Shown: piece by piece, positions 1 through 10,008 of the stretch
How the letters are laid out: each line of letters opens with the position of its first letter
How positions within the stretch are numbered: the first letter of the stretch is position 1
NCBI GenBank assembly: GCA_016186635.1
Contig: JACPLI010000020.1
Span: 3,548 to 67,547 of the forward strand
Length of the DNA: 64,000 nt
Source: Candidatus Liptonbacteria bacterium
GTDB taxonomy: Bacteria > Patescibacteriota > Minisyncoccia > UBA6257 > 2-01-FULL-56-20
Direction: 5' to 3'
Made by a program: the position numbers and the translations under genes
Notes under the pieces: generated by a model
What the model saw: only the letters and a program-made list of their open reading frames with translations
Told to the model about the DNA's origin: nothing
The model's database searches: none

Positions 1-1
1 G

Positions 2-899
<898 letters not shown>

Positions 900-907
<8 letters not shown>

Positions 908-2090
908 AAAAGTATTCATCGCCATGAGCGGAGGCGTGGATTCTTCCGTGGCCGCCCTATTGCTCAAAAGAGAAAGATATGACGTGACTGGCGTGTTTAT
1001 GCGCTGTTACAACATTGATGGATGTGCGGAGCGCGATGCCGAGGACGCGCGGCGCGTGGCGGGGCGGCTGAAGATTCCCTTTTATGTGTGGGATTTTGAG
1101 AAAGAGTATAAGCGGCGAGTGGTGGAGTATATGGTGCGGGGGTACCGGCAGGGAATTACGCCGAATCCGGATGTGATGTGCAATCGAGAGATTAAGTTCG
1201 GGTTGTTTCTAAAGCGCGCATTGTTGCTGGGAGCGGATTACGTGGCGACGGGGCACTATGTCCGGCTTCGCCGCACAGCGACAAGGAACAAGGAACAAGG
1301 AACAAGGAAATCCGCCATGTCCCATGTCCCATGTCCCATGTCACTGTTCGTTGCGCGCGACAAGAACAAGGACCAATCCTACTTCCTCTGGACGCTTACG
1401 CAGGAGCAGCTGCGGCACTGCCTTTTTCCCATCGGAGATTATGTGAAGCCCGAAGTGCGGAAGATTGCCGCGCGGGTGGGATTGTCCACTGCGGATAAAA
1501 AAGATTCGCAGGGAATTTGTTTTCTGGGGAAGTTCTCGCTCAAGGATTTTTTGAGGAAGCGCATCCGCTGTAAAAAGGGAAAGGTGGTGACGACGTCCGG
1601 CGTATTTGTGGGGGAGCATGACGGGGCGGCGTTCTACACTATTGGCCAACGTCGCATTGGCGTGGCCAATCGCGGATTGTCGCTGACCGAACGCGGAACA
1701 ACGCGGAAGGACTTTAAGCCGTTCTATGTGGCAGATAAAGATATCAAGACGAATACACTCATTGTTGCGGAGGGAGAGAAAAGCCCCGCGCTGTATAAAA
1801 GGGAAGTGCTACTCAAGGATGTGAATTTTATTGACTCTCACTTTAAGCTTAAAGCTCGAAGCTTAAAGCTCCCCGTGCTTGCCCGAGTGCGCTATCGGCA
1901 GCCGCTCGTGGAAGCCGCACTCGTAATTAGTAAATCGAAATTAGTAAATAAGAAACATCATTCCTCAATTACTAATTGCCAATTACGATTTTCGAGTCCA
2001 ATAAAATTCATCGCCGGGGGCCAGTCCGCGGTGTTTTACTCTCGGAAGGGAGAACTTCTCGGGGGAGGGGTGATTACGCGCGGGGATTGA
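900..2090 (+). CDS. mnmA: tRNA 2-thiouridylase MnmA, with repeat-derived in-frame insertions
   Basis: AMSGGVDSS, PNPDVMCN, ATGHY, KDQSYF, DSQGICF, YTIGQR and GQSAVFY motifs; ATG at 900. Confidence 0.97.
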
Positions 2091-2126
2091 CCCCCATCGC
2101 ATTTTCAGGTACACTTTACTCTCAAC

Positions 2127-2903
2127 ATGGCTGACGAAACGAAATCGGCATACCCGCAGGCGCTCGGCGCCGAGCTGAATGATGCGGCGCGCGAGATGAT
2201 TGCCGCAGGCGTATTTTACGGGAAAAAGAAGAGCAAGACGCACCCGCGCATGAAGGCGTGGGTCTTGGCGAACCGCGGGGGCATTGAGATTATCAATTTG
2301 GCGAAAACGGAAGAAGAGCTTTCGCGCGCGGCGGAGTTTGTGAAGGGGAAGGCAAAAGCGGGAGAACTTTTTCTTTTTGTGGGTACCCAGCCGGCGGCGC
2401 AGGATGCGGTGCAATCGGTCGCCGCGGAGTTTAAGATGCCGTTCGTGGTGAACCGGTGGGTGGGAGGAACGCTCACCAATTTCAAAATGATTGCCCAGCG
2501 GGTGGAATACATGAAAAAGCTCCGGACGGGTCTTGCCACGGGGATGTTCGACAAGTACACGAAGAAAGAGCGCCTTGGAATTGAGCGGGAGCTTGGGCGC
2601 CTTATAGAACTTATGGCGGGGCTTGAAGCGCTCGCGCGCGTTCCAGACGCGCTTGTCGTCATTGACCCTGTCGTGCATGAAACGGCGGTGCGCGAAGCCC
2701 TCCAGCTGGGGATTCCGGTCATTGCGCTTGCCGATACCGATGCGGACCCCGACGCAGTGACGCGCATGGTCCCGGGAAATGCGAAATCGAAGAAAAGCAT
2801 CGAATGGTTTTTGGGGAGAGTGAAGGCGGCTGTTGCGGAGGGGAAGAGTGCGGTACAATCTACCGAAGGAGTAATCGCCAATAACGCGAATGGAGGCAAA
2901 TAA
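2127..2903 (+). CDS. rpsB: 30S ribosomal protein S2
   Basis: FVGT, RWVGGTLTNF and DTDADP motifs; followed by tsf. Confidence 0.96.
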   Translation: MADETKSAYPQALGAELNDAAREMIAAGVFYGKKKSKTHPRMKAWVLANRGGIEIINLAKTEEELSRAAEFVKGKAKAGELFLFVGTQPAAQDAVQSVAAEFKMPFVVNRWVGGTLTNFKMIAQRVEYMKKLRTGLATGMFDKYTKKERLGIERELGRLIELMAGLEALARVPDALVVIDPVVHETAVREALQLGIPVIALADTDADPDAVTRMVPGNAKSKKSIEWFLGRVKAAVAEGKSAVQSTEGVIANNANGGK

Positions 2904-3348
2904 CGCGAATAAGGATGCAGTTCAAAAATTGAGGGAGGCGACGGGCGCGGGGGTGATGGAGTGCCACCGGGCGCTCAAGGACGCCGGCGGCGATTTTGCC
3001 AAGGCGGCGGCGCTTATCGGCGAGCAGGGACTTTCCAAGGTGGAAAAGCGCGCGGGGCGGGAAACCAGCGCGGGGTTGGTGCACGCGTACGTGCACGGCG
3101 AGCGTATCGGTGTCTTGCTCCACGTTTCCGCGGAGACCGATTTTGTGGTGCGTTCGGAGCCTTTCAAGGCGCTCGCGCACGAGCTTGCAATGCACATTGC
3201 CGCGGCGGCGCCGAAGGACATCGCGGAACTTCTCGGTCAGCCCTACATCCGCGACGAGAAGAAAACGGTGAACGACCTCATCGGCGAGGTGATTGCGAAG
3301 GTGGGGGAGAATATACAGGTGAAGGAGTTTTATAGGATAGAACTTTAA
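2890..3348 (+). CDS. tsf: Elongation factor Ts, short form
   Basis: LREATGAGVMEC, ETDFV and LAMHIAA motifs; rpsB-tsf order. Confidence 0.95.
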   Translation: MEANNANKDAVQKLREATGAGVMECHRALKDAGGDFAKAAALIGEQGLSKVEKRAGRETSAGLVHAYVHGERIGVLLHVSAETDFVVRSEPFKALAHELAMHIAAAAPKDIAELLGQPYIRDEKKTVNDLIGEVIAKVGENIQVKEFYRIEL

Positions 3349-3349
3349 A

Positions 3350-3439
3350 GGAGTAATCGCTAATAACGCGAATGAAGGCAAATAACGCAAATAGGATTCG
3401 CATTATTGAATCCAAATTCGCATTATTCGCGAATACTCC
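3350..3439. repeat. MITE-like ~90-110 bp element with GGAGTAATCGC...GCGA(A/T)TACTCC ends; related copies at 2868, 3883-3992, 36543, 46429-46519, 48154-48262 and 49500
   Basis: Terminal inverted repeats and internal AATAACGCGAAT-like units read directly in several copies. Confidence 0.85.
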
Positions 3440-3802
3440 ATGTTAGAATTTGTCCTTGCAAACATCGCAATGCTCTCCGCGGGAGTGGCGCTTTTTCTCG
3501 TTGCGCACTCACTGCCGCGCGTGGGGGAAAGTGAAACGGAGCCGAAATGGTTTCTGGAGCGGTGGGTTACGCTGGAATTTCCCGAGAAACTCGACGGGGC
3601 ATTTAACAGCTTCGCGGGAAAGTTTTTGAGGAAGCTCCGCGTGGTTATACTGAAATTCGACAACGCGGTATCCGGGACACTGAAGCGCTTCAAGAGCGAG
3701 AATGGCAACGGGAAATCGCTTGACTTTAAAGAGATGATGGGGGATAAAGGGGGGGGCGAAGCGAAGGATGAGGATGAGGGCAAGCGAAAAAAATCCAAAT
3801 AA
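3440..3802 (+). CDS. Hypothetical membrane-anchored protein
   Basis: N-terminal hydrophobic helix, charged tail, clean ORF. Confidence 0.7.
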   Translation: MLEFVLANIAMLSAGVALFLVAHSLPRVGESETEPKWFLERWVTLEFPEKLDGAFNSFAGKFLRKLRVVILKFDNAVSGTLKRFKSENGNGKSLDFKEMMGDKGGGEAKDEDEGKRKKSK

Positions 3803-3998
3803 TATGCATACGCTCGTCTATACAATCCCGCTCCGCCAGCCGGCGGACAGCGGGACCTCATAGAAGCAGTTCTTTGGGAAGAGGAGTAATCGCTCGTACC
3901 GCGAATGAAGGCAAATCTGCCTGTCGGTAGGCAAATAACGCAAGTAGGATTCGCATTATTGAATCCAAATTCGCATTATTCGCGAATACTCCCTATAT

Positions 3999-4083
3999 GC
4001 GCAGGTGGTAGAGCGGCCAATTACACGACGCTGTAAACGTCGCGCCCTTTCGGGCTACGGGGGTTCGAATCCCTCCCTGCGCA
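3999..4083 (+). tRNA. tRNA-Tyr (GTA), CCA not encoded
   Basis: Acceptor GCGCAGG/CCTGCGC, anticodon arm CGACG-CTGTAAA-CGTCG, long variable arm, GTTCGAAT T-loop. Confidence 0.97.
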
Positions 4084-4306
4084 CACTAAACCCCCGACCC
4101 CCGTCTGGGACACCTTCTGGTTTCCCACCCGCCCCGCTTCACCGCGGGGCTCCTTCCAACACGGGGGTTTAGTTCGCTTTGCTCCGCAAAGCGGCGCAGG
4201 GAGGGATTCGAACCGAAGGAGGGGTTTGGAGGAGGGCATGAAATGTCATAATTGGGACGATCGCCCCAATTATGACATTACAAGAGCAGAAACTACCCGT
4301 TAGAGA

Positions 4307-4384
4307 TGTCATTCCCATGAAAATGGGAATCCAGGGTATTGCAACAAAGCCATATTCTGGATCCCCGCGTGCGCGAGGATGACA
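4307..4384. repeat. REP-like paired hairpin element GTCATTCCC...GGGAATCC / GGATCCCC...GATGAC; related copies near 17278-17358 and 38512-38583
   Basis: Direct comparison of three copies. Confidence 0.8.
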
Positions 4385-4500
4385 GGACGTCATGAGAAAA
4401 CCCAGCCTTCTGTGCTCACTGCATAGTCATCTTTTGTTATCTACGAGCGCGGCGAGCATTAATGGGAAATTTGCCATGCCATGCTCAAGCTGATAGCATC

Positions 4501-7272
4501 ATGAATATGCCTAAAATCACAAAACTTTTCGCTCTCGCCGCAATTTTTGCCGCTCTGTTTTTTCTGCCCGGCATTACCGGCCTTATTACCGACTGGTGGT
4601 GGTTTACGGAAGTGAGCCATTCCCAGATTTTTGTAAAAATGCTGGTCACGAAACTAACGCTGTTTGGAACTGTCGGCTTGTTCGCCGCCGTTTTCTTGCT
4701 TGCCAGTTTCCGTCTGGCGCTTCGCTCAAAAACTTCCTGGACGGCAGTGCTGCCGGCGGGCATAACCGGCCAGGAGGTGAATATAGCCGACCGTATCGTG
4801 AAAAAAGTCGTTGTGGCGGTGAGCGTGGTCATCGCGCTCTTTTTCGGGCTTGCCGCCGCCGGCAATTGGCAGGAAACGCTGAAATTTATTTCTGGCGTGC
4901 CGTTTGGCGCAGTGGACCCCATCTTCGGTAAAGATGTCGGCTTTTACCTGTTCACCCTTCCCGTTGTTCAGATGGGGTTGGGGATGCTGCAATTTCTCAT
5001 TCTCACATCGCTCGCCGGCGCCGCAGTCCTTTACTTTTTTCAAGGACGACTTCGCTTTTTAAGCCGGCGCGCCGACCCGCACACCTCGCCGGCGAGTGGA
5101 GACGAAACTGGCGCCCAATCGTTTGAGCGGTTGCAAGTGGACCGCGCGGCAAGAATGCATCTCGGCGTTTTGCTCGCGATGCTTCTCGCGGGCATTGCCG
5201 TCGGCGCCTATCTTTCTCGTTTTGCGCTGCTTACGGGCCCGGGCGGCCTAGTATTCGGCGCGACGTACACAGACGTCGCCGTGAGAATGCCGATGCTGTG
5301 GATTTCGGCGGCCATCGCACTTGTTGCGGCGGTTTTCGCCGCCCTTTGGGCGTGGAAAGGGAAATTATCGCCACTCATTGCGGCGATAACTTTATATGTT
5401 GTTATAGAGTTCGCCGGAGCAGTGGTTCCGTCTCTTGTCCAAAAAGTGGCGGTTGCCCCCAACGAGCTGGTAAAAGAAACGCCGTTCATTCAGCATAATA
5501 TTGCCGCTACCCGCCGGGGATTCGCGCTTGATGCGATTGAGGAGCGCAACATCTCGGGAGATGCGCCCATCACCAGCGCCGACATCGCGGCCAACAATCT
5601 TACGGTTAAAAACGTGCGGCTTTGGGACAGGAGCCCTCTTTTGTCGACTTTTTCGCAGGTGCAGGAAATCAGAACGTATTACGAGTTTGCCGAAGTTGAT
5701 AATGACCGGTACATCATAGACGGAGAGATCCGCCAGATTATGCTTTCCCCCCGGGAGCTGTCTTCGGCGAGTTTGCCGAACAGGAATTGGATCAATGAAC
5801 GTTTGACCTTTACGCACGGGTACGGCGTGGCGGCTGGACCGGTGAATCAAGTTACTCCGGAAGGACTTCCGGTTTTGTTTGTGAAAGATTTGCCGCCCAA
5901 ATCGGACGCGGAAGAGCTTGCAATTTCTCGCCCCGAAATCTACTTCGGCGAACTTTCGAACGATTATGTCGTTGTCAAAACAAAATCCCGCGAGTTCGAT
6001 TATCCCAAAGGCGAGGAAAATATTTATGCAACATACGAGGGCGCGGGAGGAGTAGAGATTAACTCTTTTTTGAGGCGCGCGTTGTACGCGATAAAGTTTC
6101 AATCGCTGAAACTGTTTTTATCGAACGACATAACCAGCGAGAGCAGGATTCTCTACCACCGCACCATCGCCGAGAGAGTCGCCAAAATTGCGCCGTTTCT
6201 GGCGTTTGATAGGGATCCCTATATCGCCATTGCCGACGGCAAAGTGTATTGGATCGCCGATGCCTATACCACCAGTAACCGCTACCCGTATTCGGAACTC
6301 GTGCGATTGAATGGCGATACCGTAAACTATATCAGGAACTCGGTAAAAATAGTGGTTGATGCGTATGACGGCAGCGTCGTTTTCTACCAGGCGGATATCG
6401 AGGACCCCATCATACGCACCTATAGCGCGATTTTTCCCGGAACATTCCGGCCGATGTCGGAGATTCCCGAAAGCCTGGTTCCTCATTTGCGCTACCCTGA
6501 AGACATCTTCACCCTGCAGACCGCCGCGTACTCCGTCTATCATATGGACGATGCGCAGATTTTTTACAACAAAGAAGACCAGTGGGAAATTCCGGCTATT
6601 GCGGCAGAAGGAGAAGGGGTGTCTGCGGGCGGAGTTCCGCAAATGTCGCCCCGGCACATCATTATGAAGCTGCCGGACGAGAAAAAAGAGGAATATGTCT
6701 TGATGCTGCCCTTTACCCCCCGGGCAAAAGACAATCTATCCGCGTGGATGGTTGCCCGCAACGATGGAGAGCGCTACGGCAAGTTGCTGGTGTACCGCTT
6801 TCCTAAAGACAAACTTGTGTTCGGACCAAAACAAGTTATCGGCAGAATCAATCAGGACACCGAGATCAGCCAGCAGATTACGCTATGGAGCCAAGGCGGG
6901 TCGCAGGTAATCCAAGGCACGCTGTTGGTTATTCCGATTGAAGAATCGCTCTTGTATGTGCGTCCACTCTATCTTAAGGCCGAATCCGGAAAAATTCCCG
7001 AGTTAAAGCGGGTGGTGGTGGCGTACGAAAATAAAATAGCCATGGCGGAAACGTTAGAGGAAGGATTGATGAGAATCTTTGGCGGCGCGGCAGGAGCACG
7101 GCCGCAGGGCATTACGACGGCAAGGCCGCAAGCGGCGCCTTCTCAAAGCTTTCAGGGGCGCATACAAAGAGCCGCCGCTGCGTACGAAGAGGCGCTCCGT
7201 GCGCAAAGGGATGGCGACTGGGCGCGCTATGGCGAAGCGATAAAACGGCTGGGAAATATCTTGAAGCAATAG
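4501..7272 (+). CDS. UPF0182 family membrane protein
   Basis: DPIFGKDVGFYLF, NVRLWD, THGYG, NYIRNSVK and RAQRDGDWARYG motifs. Confidence 0.93.
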   Translation: MNMPKITKLFALAAIFAALFFLPGITGLITDWWWFTEVSHSQIFVKMLVTKLTLFGTVGLFAAVFLLASFRLALRSKTSWTAVLPAGITGQEVNIADRIVKKVVVAVSVVIALFFGLAAAGNWQETLKFISGVPFGAVDPIFGKDVGFYLFTLPVVQMGLGMLQFLILTSLAGAAVLYFFQGRLRFLSRRADPHTSPASGDETGAQSFERLQVDRAARMHLGVLLAMLLAGIAVGAYLSRFALLTGPGGLVFGATYTDVAVRMPMLWISAAIALVAAVFAALWAWKGKLSPLIAAITLYVVIEFAGAVVPSLVQKVAVAPNELVKETPFIQHNIAATRRGFALDAIEERNISGDAPITSADIAANNLTVKNVRLWDRSPLLSTFSQVQEIRTYYEFAEVDNDRYIIDGEIRQIMLSPRELSSASLPNRNWINERLTFTHGYGVAAGPVNQVTPEGLPVLFVKDLPPKSDAEELAISRPEIYFGELSNDYVVVKTKSREFDYPKGEENIYATYEGAGGVEINSFLRRALYAIKFQSLKLFLSNDITSESRILYHRTIAERVAKIAPFLAFDRDPYIAIADGKVYWIADAYTTSNRYPYSELVRLNGDTVNYIRNSVKIVVDAYDGSVVFYQADIEDPIIRTYSAIFPGTFRPMSEIPESLVPHLRYPEDIFTLQTAAYSVYHMDDAQIFYNKEDQWEIPAIAAEGEGVSAGGVPQMSPRHIIMKLPDEKKEEYVLMLPFTPRAKDNLSAWMVARNDGERYGKLLVYRFPKDKLVFGPKQVIGRINQDTEISQQITLWSQGGSQVIQGTLLVIPIEESLLYVRPLYLKAESGKIPELKRVVVAYENKIAMAETLEEGLMRIFGGAAGARPQGITTARPQAAPSQSFQGRIQRAAAAYEEALRAQRDGDWARYGEAIKRLGNILKQ

Positions 7273-7307
7273 ATAATGGAAGAATATGGGGAAAAACGGC
7301 GGGACGC

Positions 7308-7538
7308 CTACTTTTTCACCGCGCAGAACCTTCTTACAATTTCGTTTTCGTAAGAATCGCCCGTGCAGTACTTCGCGCGGAGTTCCTTTTCCAGGGCTTC
7401 TGCGTGGGCTTGCTTCAGCGCGGCGGCTTGCTCGATGGGGACAATCACCACGTAATACCACAACGCGAACACCCCGAGCGTCAGCACTACCATTATGGCT
7501 GCCACTCCAAGCAATCTCCTCACCGAGATAGGTTCCAT
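7308..7538 (-). CDS. Small single-pass membrane protein (76 aa)
   Basis: ATG at 7538, one hydrophobic helix followed by a helical segment and a Cys pair. Confidence 0.55.
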   Translation of the reverse strand: MEPISVRRLLGVAAIMVVLTLGVFALWYYVVIVPIEQAAALKQAHAEALEKELRAKYCTGDSYENEIVRRFCAVKK

Positions 7539-7590
7539 TTCCTTTCCTGTAACTATAGCAAACTTGCCCGGCGGGAGGTACAATGGCGGT

Positions 7591-8082
7591 ATGCAGGAAT
7601 ATGCGGGCGAGGCGGTTGTCTTGCGGCGGGAGCCGCACGGCGAGCAGGACAGCCGCGTATCGCTCTTTACGAAGCGGTATGGCAAACTGACCGCGAAGGC
7701 GAAGAGCGCCCGGAAAATCACCTCCAAACTCTCGCCGCATCTTGAGCCGGGGCTCGTGACAGACATCCGGCTCGTGGAGAAGAACGATATGCTTGTGACG
7801 GACGCCTTGAAGCGGGAGAAGCTCGCGCTCCCGCCTTCCACGCTTTTCTCTCTTGACCGAGTGCTCGCGGAAGCGGTTCCCGAAGAAGAACTGTGGAGCA
7901 TGATTCGAAACGGGGATTTTTCATGGCGTGCAGCGCTTGGCGAATTAGGGTGGGACCCGCGGGAAGCCGCGTGCGCGGTATGCGCCGCTTCGCCCGAGGC
8001 GTTTCACGCGGGACGGCAGGAATTTTTTTGTTCTTCGTGTGCGATGAAGATGAAAGTAGGAGACCTCATCGTGTTAGGATAA
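7591..8082 (+). CDS. recO: DNA repair protein RecO (short)
   Basis: N-terminal AVVLRR..GEQD..VSLFT..GK OB-fold; C-terminal CxxC...CxxC. Confidence 0.85.
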   Translation: MQEYAGEAVVLRREPHGEQDSRVSLFTKRYGKLTAKAKSARKITSKLSPHLEPGLVTDIRLVEKNDMLVTDALKREKLALPPSTLFSLDRVLAEAVPEEELWSMIRNGDFSWRAALGELGWDPREAACAVCAASPEAFHAGRQEFFCSSCAMKMKVGDLIVLG

Positions 8083-8115
8083 TTAGGTCAATTAGAGCAA
8101 TTAGAGATTTCTTCA

Positions 8116-9903
8116 ATGTCTACTTCTCCTTGGTCTGCGGATGAGGGGCTCGAGGCGCGTTCACCCCAGCCGCCGCGCTCGTACCTTTGGAGGGCGCTCC
8201 TCGGCGCGCTCGTGGCGCTTGGCATCGGGGCAGGCGTCTACGGGTATGTGCTTTTCAACCAGCCGCCGGACGCGAAAGTGTCGGTGGTGTTCGAAACGCC
8301 TCCCCAGCCGCTCCTCGGGGAACCGTTCTTGCTTTTTCTTTCGGTCGCCAACCAGTCGGACAATGTACTCCACGATGCGAAGCTTTCCATTTTCCTCCCG
8401 CAAGACGTCGCGTTCGTTGGGGAGTGGAGCGGGGAGCGGGTGCACGATGAATTGCTGGGAACGCTCGGGCCTGGGAGCGTGATGCAGCGGACCATGAATG
8501 TGGTGGCAAGCGGCCAGGCGAAGACAGTGCGGGAAATCCGGGCGAAGTTTGTCTACACGATTACCCCCGAGGGGCGCGTGCAGTTTGAGCGGAATACGAA
8601 CGCGACCGTGCAGATAGGCGAGCCCGCAATCACGCTCTCGCTCGAGACTCCCCAGCAGGCGGTGAATGGAGAGCCGTTCACCGTGAATGTGAAGTACAAA
8701 AACGTGAGCACGCAGGACTTTCGGAACGTGCGGCTCGGCGTTACGCGCCCGGGCATCTTCCAATTCCGGAAAGCGAGTCTTGAACCCGCCTCGCGCGCGA
8801 ACGATTCTTGGAATCTTGGTGCGCTCAAGGCGGGTGCCGAGGGGCAGATTGCAATCGAGGGCGTTGTCGTGGGACCGGAGGGGTCGTTTTTCACGGTCGC
8901 GGCAAGCGTCAGCGCGGATTTCCTCGGCGAGTCGAAGGAGCTTGCGAATCAAAGCGCGTCGCTTACGATTGCCACGTCGCCGCTCTCACTTTCCGTCTCG
9001 GCAAACGGCAGCCAGGAGTACGTCGCAGGAATCGGCGATTCGCTCCAGTACGTCATTACATACCGGAACAATTCCGCGGCGGTATTCCGCGGCATCGCGG
9101 TGCGCGCGCGCCTTATCGGGGGGCTTTTCGATTATTCCACGCTAAGCTCGCAGGGGTCCTTTAATTCGCTCTCAAACACGCTCACGTGGATTGCCGCGAA
9201 CGCGCCCGAATTGGAAAGCCTGGGACCAGGGGAAGAGCGGACGCTCAATTTCAGTATCCGGTTGAAACCCGCGTTTCCCATCAGCCGCGCGAGCGACAAG
9301 AACTATACGCTCAAAGTTGAGGCACGGGTGGAGTCACCCACGGTCCCGAGCGGAATTGCCGCAGAGCGCACCGTGTCGGTCGCTTCGCTTGAGACGAAAG
9401 TGCGAGGCGCGGTTGCGCTTCACACGAAAGCGTTGTGGCGGGACGCGGCGTGGGGATTCCTGAACGAGGGTCCTTACCCTCCGAGGATGAATCAGCCGAC
9501 GCAGTACACCATCCATTGGAGCATCACGAACTATGCGACGGATATTGGTTCGGTGCACATGGAGACGTTTCTGCAGTCGGGCGCGAAATTTTTAGGCAAA
9601 GCGAAGAGTACGGTGGCTACGCTTCCCCAGTACGACGCCGCGACAGGGCGCGTGACGTGGGACATTCCCACCATTGCGGCGACGCGGGGAGTGGTGGGCG
9701 CGCCGGTTGAGGGCGTGTTCCAGATAGAGGTTACGCCCGCGGTAACGCATGTGGGGAACAACGTGGTGCTTACGAACAGCACGCGACTGCAGGCGAGCGA
9801 CTTGTTCACCGGCGTGGCGCTTGAGAGTGTCGCGCCGGCGCTCACCACCGCGCTTCCGGAAGACCCCACCATTCAAGTTCCAGACAGGAGGGTGCAGCCG
9901 TAA
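8116..9903 (+). CDS. Membrane-anchored extracellular protein with Ig-like/DUF11-like beta repeats
   Basis: N-terminal transmembrane helix; repeated GD.L.Y.I.Y.N and W.LG.L..G.E patterns. Confidence 0.7.
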   Translation: MSTSPWSADEGLEARSPQPPRSYLWRALLGALVALGIGAGVYGYVLFNQPPDAKVSVVFETPPQPLLGEPFLLFLSVANQSDNVLHDAKLSIFLPQDVAFVGEWSGERVHDELLGTLGPGSVMQRTMNVVASGQAKTVREIRAKFVYTITPEGRVQFERNTNATVQIGEPAITLSLETPQQAVNGEPFTVNVKYKNVSTQDFRNVRLGVTRPGIFQFRKASLEPASRANDSWNLGALKAGAEGQIAIEGVVVGPEGSFFTVAASVSADFLGESKELANQSASLTIATSPLSLSVSANGSQEYVAGIGDSLQYVITYRNNSAAVFRGIAVRARLIGGLFDYSTLSSQGSFNSLSNTLTWIAANAPELESLGPGEERTLNFSIRLKPAFPISRASDKNYTLKVEARVESPTVPSGIAAERTVSVASLETKVRGAVALHTKALWRDAAWGFLNEGPYPPRMNQPTQYTIHWSITNYATDIGSVHMETFLQSGAKFLGKAKSTVATLPQYDAATGRVTWDIPTIAATRGVVGAPVEGVFQIEVTPAVTHVGNNVVLTNSTRLQASDLFTGVALESVAPALTTALPEDPTIQVPDRRVQP

Positions 9904-10008
9904 CTGCGGCCCATTAATAGGAGAATTTATGGTTCCTATACCCGCATTTACCCATTCGTGCGAATGTGTCCATTGATGGTGACAGGGATATTGTGTAGAA
10001 TCAAGAAA

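Noticed and set aside
2890-3348. tsf and uvrC (44421-45761) as truncated pseudogenes
   Set aside because: The ORFs are intact with core motifs; short forms are plausible in reduced genomes.
4062-4214. Prophage or island att site at tRNA-Tyr
   Set aside because: The duplicate is inverted and only about 110 nt away; no integrase or distant direct repeat was seen.
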